The notes under the pieces were generated by a model. The model searched no databases and was not told the origin of the DNA. It saw only the letters and a list, made by a program, of their open reading frames with translations. From sequence record SRR22947725_5645: DNA of 46,110 bases, one strand, 5' to 3'. Made by a program: the position numbers and the translations under genes. This document shows, piece after piece, positions 39,301-46,110 of the stretch; position 1 is the stretch's first letter; every line of letters begins with the position of its first letter.

Positions 39301-40345
39301 AGCGCCTTTTTCACCGCTAGGCCATAACGCGCATGTTGGATCGAAGCAGGCAACCTGCTTCGCAATTGGCACGACACAACCAGTGCATCCCCCTAAGAAC
39401 ACCAAGTTTATGCAAGAGGTGAATCAAGAGCAGAGCATGCATCCGTTGTTTAGCTATGCTTTTGTTACGGATGCTGAAGAGGGGTTGATTGTCGTCAATA
39501 TCAACACGTTTGGTGATGGCGATCCGCTCAATAACTTCTTGGAGCGCGCTCTAACTTGGAACGAAAACGGCTTGTTGGATGGCGCTCGGTTTATTTCACT
39601 TTACGGCAGCTTTGCCTACATTGTTGCGGATCAAGGGTTGATAACCCTGAATATTGATAACCCGCTCAAGCCGGTTGTGACGTCGGTCATTCGGCTAGCC
39701 GGTATGAGATCGTTTGCAACTCAGTTTCGTTATTTGTTTTACACCTCTGAAACAGGCCTTGGCGTGGTCGACATTACTGATCCCAGCCAGCCTGTTCTGG
39801 TGAAGGATAGTGCGGTTGCACTGGCTGATGCTCGCAAGCTTTATCTTGCGAGAACCTATGCGTATGTTGCTGCGGGTGAAGATGGGCTTGCGATCATCAA
39901 CATTGAAAAACCAGAGGCACCTGTTTTGGATCAGATGTTCGATGGCGAAGGTCAGCTAAAAGACACATCCGATATTGTTATAGGAACGACTAACGCGTCG
40001 TTGTTTGGATATGTGGCCGATGGTGACTTTGGGTTTAAGTTACTTCAGTTGACCAGCCCCTCCTCACAACCGAATTTCTATGGCTACTCACCCCAACCAA
40101 AGCCAGAAGTCATCGGGTGGATGCCGAGTAAGTCTCGGGTACTTTCGATTTCCAAGGGCCTCGACCGTGATCGGGCCGTTGATGAATCCGGTAATCAAAT
40201 TGCCGTCTTCGGAAGATTGGGTTCTAGACCGTTCAATCGCGAAGAAATGGAAGGCCTTTTTAAAAGGCTGGATGGGCAGATGTACTTTGTTAATGATAGT
40301 GATTCCACTGTTGTAGATGCGCCTAGGCCGGCGGGAGCGAACTAG
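36329..40345 (+). CDS. Decaheme c-type cytochrome fused to an LVIVD-repeat beta-propeller
   Basis: Signal peptide; 10 CxxCH motifs (CQTCH, CTDCH, CGACH, CASCH, CMTCH, CVDCH, CKDCH, CYSCH, CGGCH, CSDCH); C-terminal repeats such as YLYVAEGRGGFRVYDI and YAYVAAGEDGLAIINI. Confidence 0.88.
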   Translation: MIFKFLLLFLMQLVVVSSCLGASKGMGKAFPRSYPEMVPAPFSQNAATAQLKTAGCQTCHAKAEHKTMHKAPSVVLGCTDCHGGNANVQWAGDLWVAPETAVASHASPALDPDKGHAGKSLAGKDHHGDDHYDAHGNDHDYPSGYKAAMDAAHILPTYPSVWPGSENPKRSFAKLLKESPEFVRFMNPSDYRVVRMACGACHLDTIEAAERSLMATGAMLWGGASYNNGILPYKNYILGEAHTQEGLPAMLTSPTDQDGTLSEKEKLRGALPSLLPLPAWQVVPPADVFRVFEKGGRNINTQFPEIGLPNATGLLQRLEEPGRPDIRQSNRGPGTGLRVAIPVLNIHKTRLNDPFTTMMGTNDQQGDYRASGCASCHVVYANDREPRHSLTYAKYGRDGKSFTSDVTIDKNESGHPIEHVFTSAIPTSQCMTCHMHQPNIFLNSYLGYTMWDYESDAPSMWPEAQVYPTSDEARAVLDRNPEGAAPRGKWASEDFLRDVYDLNATLKDTQFADYHGHGWNFRAVFKRDRAGNLLDEAGNKVANDDPEKFRKEGEAKFVEIGVNPGKAVHLMSIHAEKGMQCVDCHFSQDGHGNGFIHGEVANAVQIGCKDCHGTTESYPTLMTSNVAAPTGGEDLSLIRNSDGKKRFEWIESAGVRTLIQRSVLDPNLEWEVSLTRDAVDPTHGSFNEKAAAAKLVQSSKKESSGESGYEQIAHGDNMTCYSCHLSWSTSCGGCHLPIEANWKTESHKYDVGETRNFATYNPQVARDQIFQLGRHQTTKGNVIAPIRSTSALLLSSTNINRERIYVQQPPVSAAGFSSQAFAPHFPHTVRKEETRVCSDCHLSANGDNNAIMAQTLLLGTNFINFVGLHSYAGTENGLWAVRVTEYEEPQAVFGSYLHRYAYPDYYENHVSDNDRELKSWVRGTAFDRDNGYSGETGALEEISNVFQGADGAVQCLQHRGEYLYVAEGRGGFRVYDIANIANKSISERIVRAPFSPLGHNAHVGSKQATCFAIGTTQPVHPPKNTKFMQEVNQEQSMHPLFSYAFVTDAEEGLIVVNINTFGDGDPLNNFLERALTWNENGLLDGARFISLYGSFAYIVADQGLITLNIDNPLKPVVTSVIRLAGMRSFATQFRYLFYTSETGLGVVDITDPSQPVLVKDSAVALADARKLYLARTYAYVAAGEDGLAIINIEKPEAPVLDQMFDGEGQLKDTSDIVIGTTNASLFGYVADGDFGFKLLQLTSPSSQPNFYGYSPQPKPEVIGWMPSKSRVLSISKGLDRDRAVDESGNQIAVFGRLGSRPFNREEMEGLFKRLDGQMYFVNDSDSTVVDAPRPAGAN

Positions 40346-42769
40346 ATGGTCGAAAAATACGATGTTGTAATTGTTGGATCTGGTCCTGCGGGAATTAGTG
40401 CTGCATGCCATGCTGCAAGTTTATCGATGAGCCATATGCTGGTTGAGAAAACGGATCATCTATCCGATACGATTTTTAAATACCAGAAAGGCAAACATGT
40501 CATGGCAACCCCTGAGGTGCTGCCATTAAGAAGCGACATAGCCTTTGCTGCGGGCAAGCGTGAGCTGGTATTGGATACTTGGGGAGAGGCTGTCGAGAAA
40601 ATGAGCGCCCAGGTCCGCTTTGGCTTTGATGTTACAGAAATTACAGGGCAAAAAGACGATTTTCTCGTGACCGCTGCAAATGGCGACACAGTAAGGTGTC
40701 GAAATATCGTGCTCGCTTTGGGCAACCAGGGCAATCCTAATCTGATTGGATTCCCTGATGATGGATCGGTCATCGTTGAATATCAGCTTGACGATCCGCT
40801 CGAGATTTTAGATGAAAAGGTTGTGGTTCTCGGCGGTGGTGACGCCGCTATTGAGAATGCGATGGGGTTGGGTCAAGACCCTGACCAAGGAAATGAGGTG
40901 ACTATTGTGCAGCGCCGCGCAGAGTTTGCGAGGGCTAAAAAAGCAAATGTTGATGGGCTGATGGCGGCCGCCTCAAATGAATTGCTCTGTATTATGACGG
41001 AAGCGGTGCCGCAGGAAATAAAAGGTGGCATCGTTCGGATAGAAGGCCGGGATGGTGAACTCAATGTCCCTGCGGATCGACTCATCGCAAGACTGGGTTC
41101 CGCACCCCCAAGAAAGCTTCTGGAGTCCTTTGGCATCGAATTTACGGGCCAGGAGAAAGAAGCCCTCCCAAAAATTTCAGCACGATTTGAGTCAAGCATT
41201 GCTGGAATGTATGTTGTGGGTGCAATTGCGGGCTACCCCCTGATTAAAAATTGTATCAATCAAGGATTTGATGCGATCGAGTATATTAACGGCAACCTTG
41301 ATTTGGCTTCTGTAGACGAGCCTTTGTTGGCAGCCAAGTTTGAGTTCCTTCCGGTGCAACACACTGTTGAGGAGTGGCTTGCCCTTATTCCGAAGGCCAT
41401 CGACTTGCTCTCGCCATTGTCGCCATTGCAGTTGCGAGACTTTCTTCTTGAAACGAGTATGCGGCATGCCAAAGCGGGTGAGGTTATCTTTGAGAAGGGC
41501 GCAGCAGGGTCTTCAGTCTTCGCTGTTTTTGCCGGTGGCATTAAAATATTAATTGAGACGGGTGAAGACCTTTTAGAGATTCCTATGGGTGCCGGTCAAA
41601 TGTTTGGAGAAGTCGGCCTTATTTCGGGTCGGCCAAGAGGCAGCACCGTCGTCTCCAGTGAATCTACGATCCTTTTAGAAATACCGCGAACAGCCTTGTT
41701 GAAATTGATGTTAAGTCAGGAGCGCATAAAAAATTATGTCGATGACCTGGTCGCAACGAGGATGTTCTCTCAAGTCTTTGGTCCCTCGCTTTCCGACGAA
41801 AGTAAAAAAATGATACTTGCTGCGAGCGAATTAATTACCTTGTCGCCTAACCAATACCTCATTACAGAAGGTGATACAAAGAGTGATGCTTATTTGATTC
41901 GATCGGGTTCCATGGTGGTTGAAAGAGAGCTCATGGGGTCAACTGTTTTTGTTACTTACCTGCAGGCCGGGGCTGTCGTGGGCGAGATGGCCGCCTTGAT
42001 GGACGGGTCAAGAAATGCCTCGGTCAAGGCGACCGTAAAGTCAGAAGTGCTAAAAATCCCCAAAGAAGCGCTGATAGCAGCCTTAGCCAGTAGCGATGAT
42101 GTGCGCGCGTTAGTCGAAAGTAGGATGGAAAACCGAATTCAGGTCAACGATTTTATCACATCAAATAAAACACAATTTTCATCAGCGGTTGAAATGAATT
42201 CGGCGATTGCAGGGTTTGTTTTCGAAAACGGATTGGGAGAAGCGACCGACGTTTTAGTTATTAACGAAACCTTATGTATTGGCTGTGATTATTGCGAGAT
42301 TGCGTGTGCAGAATCCCATAATGGGATAACGCTGCTGAATCGAGAGGCGGGTACAACTTTTGAAAAGCTCCACATACCAACATCATGTCGTCATTGCGAG
42401 CAGCCGCAATGTATGACCGATTGTCCTCCAAATGCGATCACGCGTTCGGTCGATGGTGAGGTCTTCATTGCAGATACGTGTATCGGTTGCGGAAATTGCG
42501 AGCGAAACTGCCCCTACGATGTCATTAAGATGGAAAGAGCCCCAGAACCGCGGTCAAACTTTCTAAGTTCGGTGCTTTTTGGCTTGGGCCCAGGTATCGG
42601 TCACCGTGATAGGCGAGCGGTGAAAGTTGAGACGTCGAGTCCAAAGTTGGCGCGAAAATGTGACATGTGTAAAGGCATTGATGGCGGGCCTGCGTGTGTC
42701 AGAGCCTGTCCCACTGGTGCTGCCGCCAGGGTTTCCGTAAATGAGTTCATAAACTTTAACGAGCTGTAA
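40346..42769 (+). CDS. FAD/NAD(P)H oxidoreductase fused to two cNMP-binding domains and a 4x[4Fe-4S] (DmsB/NrfC-like) domain
   Basis: GSGPAG and GGGDAA..QRR Rossmann motifs; FGEVGLISGRPRGSTV and VGEMAALMDGSRNASV cNMP cassettes; four Cys clusters (CIGCDYCEIAC, CRHCEQPQCMTDCP, CIGCGNCERNCP, CDMC..PACVRACP). No signal peptide. Confidence 0.88.
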   Translation: MVEKYDVVIVGSGPAGISAACHAASLSMSHMLVEKTDHLSDTIFKYQKGKHVMATPEVLPLRSDIAFAAGKRELVLDTWGEAVEKMSAQVRFGFDVTEITGQKDDFLVTAANGDTVRCRNIVLALGNQGNPNLIGFPDDGSVIVEYQLDDPLEILDEKVVVLGGGDAAIENAMGLGQDPDQGNEVTIVQRRAEFARAKKANVDGLMAAASNELLCIMTEAVPQEIKGGIVRIEGRDGELNVPADRLIARLGSAPPRKLLESFGIEFTGQEKEALPKISARFESSIAGMYVVGAIAGYPLIKNCINQGFDAIEYINGNLDLASVDEPLLAAKFEFLPVQHTVEEWLALIPKAIDLLSPLSPLQLRDFLLETSMRHAKAGEVIFEKGAAGSSVFAVFAGGIKILIETGEDLLEIPMGAGQMFGEVGLISGRPRGSTVVSSESTILLEIPRTALLKLMLSQERIKNYVDDLVATRMFSQVFGPSLSDESKKMILAASELITLSPNQYLITEGDTKSDAYLIRSGSMVVERELMGSTVFVTYLQAGAVVGEMAALMDGSRNASVKATVKSEVLKIPKEALIAALASSDDVRALVESRMENRIQVNDFITSNKTQFSSAVEMNSAIAGFVFENGLGEATDVLVINETLCIGCDYCEIACAESHNGITLLNREAGTTFEKLHIPTSCRHCEQPQCMTDCPPNAITRSVDGEVFIADTCIGCGNCERNCPYDVIKMERAPEPRSNFLSSVLFGLGPGIGHRDRRAVKVETSSPKLARKCDMCKGIDGGPACVRACPTGAAARVSVNEFINFNEL

Positions 42770-42798
42770 TGCCCAACGATAGAAGACGACGATAAGCT

Positions 42799-43647
42799 AT
42801 GCCAAATGTAATTTCTCAGAGATTCGAATCGTTCCTAAGCTTTAATCGCTACCGATACCTTTGGGTCGCTTTGGCTTTGATGGTTGTGGCGATTGGCTGT
42901 TACGTTTTTGCCCCGGTTAAAACAGAGCATAATGGGGGAACCTGGTTCGGTTATACCCTTGGGGTTATCAGTGTAGGCCTGATGGTTTGGTTGGCGGCCC
43001 TAGGTTTGCGTAAAAGATTGATCCGGCCCGGTAAATGGAGCCAAAAAGGAAGGACTTCAGCCCATGTCTACCTGGGCATTGCACTGGCCTTGATCGCAAC
43101 GCTGCATACGGGGTTTCAGTTTGGGTGGAATGTCCACACGGCTGCTTTTGGCGGGATGATGATTGTGATCGTTTCTGGATTTATTGGTGTGGCGATTTAC
43201 GCAACGGTACCCTCAAAGCTGTCAGAAAATTCAGGAAGTCAGACGTTTGTCGAGCTAAAGAGCCAATTGGATCAGGTGAATCTCCAGTTGGATAAAGTGT
43301 TATTCGAATTAGATGGACCACCACTTAAGCTTGGCGAGCGAGTTTTAAAGACAGATGGCGTTCTTGTTAGTCAGCTCAGAGCCCTATTTTCTCAAGTGGC
43401 GTTGCCTGTTTTCGAGCAATTCCGGGACAGTATCCAGCAGGCGCGCGATGCTGGTGCGATTGAAAGAGATTTGAGTTTAACCGTTTTGCGATTAACCCAA
43501 TCAAAAGCGGCGTTGGTGAAGAGAATAAGGCTGCATCAAAGATATAAGGCCCTCATCAGTATATGGCTTGCAGTGCACGTGCCATTTACGTTCTTTTCAA
43601 TGCTTCTGGTCGGGATCCATATCTTCGCCGTTTTCTACTACTGGTGA
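42799..43647 (+). CDS. Inner-membrane protein, putative di-heme cytochrome b (ferric-reductase-like)
   Basis: About 5 TM segments; two TM helices each carry a His pair spaced i,i+14 (HVYLGIALALIATLH and HVPFTFFSMLLVGIH). Confidence 0.7.
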   Translation: MPNVISQRFESFLSFNRYRYLWVALALMVVAIGCYVFAPVKTEHNGGTWFGYTLGVISVGLMVWLAALGLRKRLIRPGKWSQKGRTSAHVYLGIALALIATLHTGFQFGWNVHTAAFGGMMIVIVSGFIGVAIYATVPSKLSENSGSQTFVELKSQLDQVNLQLDKVLFELDGPPLKLGERVLKTDGVLVSQLRALFSQVALPVFEQFRDSIQQARDAGAIERDLSLTVLRLTQSKAALVKRIRLHQRYKALISIWLAVHVPFTFFSMLLVGIHIFAVFYYW

Positions 43648-43655
43648 TCTCGACT

Positions 43656-45407
43656 ATGCAAATAAAACTGACAACAATTATTTATCGCCAGAGCGGTCGT
43701 CAAACTCGCAAGGTCGAAACGTTTGAGGGACCAAAGTTGTCTTTTGGGCGTAGTGCAAGCAACGACGTTGTCCTGTCGGATCGCTCGCTGCCGGTAAAGT
43801 GCTTTGACTTAGACATTGTGGACGGTGTCGTGGCCCTTAGGGCAACCGATAATCAGACTAAAGTGGCGATTAACGGTATTGATCTGAAGCGTCCCAAGTT
43901 TTTATCGGGTGAATCGCAAGCGGAATTCAAGGTTGGACAATATTCGATCTCACTGGGCCTTTCTGCTGATCAGGATATGGTCTTGGTTAGCATCGATCCA
44001 GGCGGGAGTGTGGGCTACACGCCACGCTATGGTCCTGGTTTCAGAGTCCGGTCGAAGTTTGCGAACCTTTTAAATGCTCGTTTTCTGTCCTGGGCAGGCG
44101 TTTTTGCTTTGTTCGCACTATTTGCGTGGTACCCGTTTTCATCTGAGGTCGCATCAACCACCACCTTATCAGGGGATGTTTCAGATCAGGCGCCGGAGGT
44201 GCTCTGGGCCTCTGGCAAAATATCGTCGGCGCACCATAATTTTGCAGAATCATGCGATCAGTGTCATGTCGAGCCATTCGAGTCTGTCACCAGTGAAACC
44301 TGCTCAAGTTGTCACGAGGATTTACCAGAGCACGCCTCAGCGCTGTTGCTTTCCCATTCCAAGCCGATGTCTGAGGGGCTAGAGGCGCTTGAAGGATTGG
44401 CGAAGGCCGAGTTTGGGATTGAAGAAGGCGGTTGTGCCAGTTGTCACAAGGACCACAATGGCGATGAGGGTGTGTTATCGATGCCAGACGGGCTGTGTCA
44501 GACCTGTCACGAAGGGTTGGATAAGCGATTGGCCGGGCACATGGGCGCGGTCGGCTTCGATGATGTCGGCGCCTTTTCTACGCACGGTGACTTTAAATAC
44601 CTATCGGTTGATAGATCCGGCGATGAAATCACCTTAGTGCGCTCTGTACTGAGCCCTTCTAAAAGGGATCAAAGCGGCATCAGTTTTTCTCATGAGCAAC
44701 ACCTCGCCGACTCAGGACTTGTGTGGGAGATGGCTGAAGAGCAGACGCTTACTTGTGCGAGTTGTCATGCGTTAGACGTCTTAAAGACAAATTTCAAACC
44801 GGTCGAGATGGAAACGGGTTGTGGTGGCTGTCATGATCTTGCTTGGGGCGAGGATGACCTTGGTCAGGTTTTCCGACTGGAACATAGCTCTTTGGCTGAA
44901 GCTCGATATGTTTTGGCGCGAGAGCTTTCGTTAGCGTCACTGAATGACCCTGGTTCGGTTAGGCCTAACCGGGCTGACGGAAACAGGGGTGTTGAAAATC
45001 TCGACGCGAAAGTAACAGAAATCCTGCTGGGAGAAACCGGCTTGTGTCTGGAGTGTCATGAATCTGCTCTGAATGATGATGGTACGAGGCTCGACGTTGT
45101 AACGATTGAGGATTTTGCGGTTCATGCAACCTTCGATCACAGCGTCCATAAGCTAGAACCGCTTCAGTGCGACAGTTGTCATGATGCTGAAGGGTCCACC
45201 GAGGCAGAGGACGTCTTGATGCCGAAGATTGAGGTGTGTTCGACTTGTCATGCTGACCCGGGCGTCAGTCACCGGATTGAATCTGATTGCCTGATGTGTC
45301 ACGAGTATCATGCAACCCCGCCAGTTTTTCCGAAACTGAGTTCGGGGCTTGATGCGTTCGCCGCGCGACTCGTTCTCGATCCTAACCGAGGAGGAAGCGA
45401 AAAATGA
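43656..45407 (+). CDS. Membrane-anchored decaheme cytochrome c with N-terminal FHA-like domain
   Basis: LSFGRSASNDVVL..VAING FHA-like region, one TM helix (FLSWAGVFALFALFAWYPF), then 10 CxxCH motifs plus c3/c7-type FSHEQH and FDHSVH. Start moved to ATG 43656. Confidence 0.85.
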   Translation: MQIKLTTIIYRQSGRQTRKVETFEGPKLSFGRSASNDVVLSDRSLPVKCFDLDIVDGVVALRATDNQTKVAINGIDLKRPKFLSGESQAEFKVGQYSISLGLSADQDMVLVSIDPGGSVGYTPRYGPGFRVRSKFANLLNARFLSWAGVFALFALFAWYPFSSEVASTTTLSGDVSDQAPEVLWASGKISSAHHNFAESCDQCHVEPFESVTSETCSSCHEDLPEHASALLLSHSKPMSEGLEALEGLAKAEFGIEEGGCASCHKDHNGDEGVLSMPDGLCQTCHEGLDKRLAGHMGAVGFDDVGAFSTHGDFKYLSVDRSGDEITLVRSVLSPSKRDQSGISFSHEQHLADSGLVWEMAEEQTLTCASCHALDVLKTNFKPVEMETGCGGCHDLAWGEDDLGQVFRLEHSSLAEARYVLARELSLASLNDPGSVRPNRADGNRGVENLDAKVTEILLGETGLCLECHESALNDDGTRLDVVTIEDFAVHATFDHSVHKLEPLQCDSCHDAEGSTEAEDVLMPKIEVCSTCHADPGVSHRIESDCLMCHEYHATPPVFPKLSSGLDAFAARLVLDPNRGGSEK

Positions 45408-46110
45408 AACGATTTCTGTTAGGTCTGCTGTGTATCGCTAGCTTTTCAATGTCTGCAAATTTGCAAGCGGATCAAAAAATCAGTCAGCAGGATCAGCATC
45501 TAGGCGTAAACAGTTGTGGCGGATCAATGTGTCATGGTCGACAGCATTCGACAGGCGATGTGGTTTATCAGAACGAAATTGCGATATGGCAGTCGTCTCA
45601 TAGTTATCTGGGTGCGCATCATAGGGCTTACCAAGTTTTAAATGGGGCGTTAGGGAAAGCGATTACGCGCAATATGGGTTGGGAAGATGCCTCGAAACGC
45701 GCGGAGTGCTTGGGGTGTCATACGGACTTAGTCCCAGAAAGTGAGCAAGGGTTGTACTACCAAATAACGGATGGCGTTAGTTGCGAAAGTTGCCATGGGG
45801 GCTCAGAGCGTTGGCTGAAATTGCATTATGGCGCGTCTTGGGATGGCAGTCGTCACGCCGATATGGGGTACGTGGATCTATCCAATGTTAATTTAAGGGC
45901 GCAAGTCTGCTTGGATTGTCATTTGGGCTCGAATAATGGGAATCAGTTTGTAACTCATGAAATGATGAGTGCAGGACACCCAAGGCTTGCGTTCGAATTA
46001 TCAATTTTCGAAGATCTTCAAGCCCACTATGAAGTCGATCAGTCTGAGCAAGGGCAAGATATCGATGTTATGACCGCTCAAGTTTGGGCATTGGGTCAAA
46101 TTACGGCGGC
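45404..46110 (+). CDS. Cytochrome c554-like multiheme protein (partial, runs off the window)
   Basis: Not in the ORF track; translated by hand. GAGGAGG RBS, ATGA overlap, signal peptide MKRFLLGLLCIASFSMSANLQA, motifs CGGSMCH, CLGCH, GVSCESCHG and CLDCH, then AGHPRL. No stop before the window end. Confidence 0.85.
   Translation, partial: MKRFLLGLLCIASFSMSANLQADQKISQQDQHLGVNSCGGSMCHGRQHSTGDVVYQNEIAIWQSSHSYLGAHHRAYQVLNGALGKAITRNMGWEDASKRAECLGCHTDLVPESEQGLYYQITDGVSCESCHGGSERWLKLHYGASWDGSRHADMGYVDLSNVNLRAQVCLDCHLGSNNGNQFVTHEMMSAGHPRLAFELSIFEDLQAHYEVDQSEQGQDIDVMTAQVWALGQITA

Noticed and set aside
34543-40345. Calling the barrel and decaheme mtrB/mtrA or mtrC
   Set aside because: Protein size, heme spacing, LVIVD fusion and partner genes differ from MtrCAB/PioAB/MtoAB; the count of ten hemes alone is insufficient.
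40346-42769. Calling the oxidoreductase thioredoxin reductase (trxB)
   Set aside because: It lacks the CxxC active-site disulfide and carries extra cNMP and FeS domains.
45404-46110. Evidence for ammonia/hydroxylamine oxidation from the c554-like gene
   Set aside because: The c554-like fold is widespread, and no hao, amo or cycB genes are present in the window.

Overview
Gammaproteobacterial chromosomal window; gene order resembles Pseudomonadales/Cellvibrionales (inference). Bases 1-28,000 are compact housekeeping blocks: dusB-fis-purH-purD; folM-like/cca/apaH/rsmA/pdxA/surA/lptD; amgK-murU; rpe-trpEGDC; OsmC/VOC/coq7; a tandem cNMP-domain gene; folB-tsaD; rpsU-yqeY-dnaG-rpoD. A small minus-strand catabolic group follows (SDR, phosphotransferase, MFS, dienelactone hydrolase). 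From about 32.6 kb to the window end is a tightly coupled plus-strand operon of at least 7 genes that I cannot match to a named system. It encodes a tandem GlcG/HbpS lipoprotein, a predicted outer-membrane beta-barrel, a decaheme cytochrome fused to an LVIVD beta-propeller, an FAD/NADPH oxidoreductase fused to two cNMP-binding domains and a 4x[4Fe-4S] module, a di-heme-b-like membrane protein, an FHA-TM-decaheme cytochrome, and a c554-like cytochrome truncated by the window edge. Together these look like a signal-gated, envelope-spanning electron conduit with at least 24 heme-c motifs. This function is inferred, not shown. No rRNA, tRNA, CRISPR array or mobile element was recognised.
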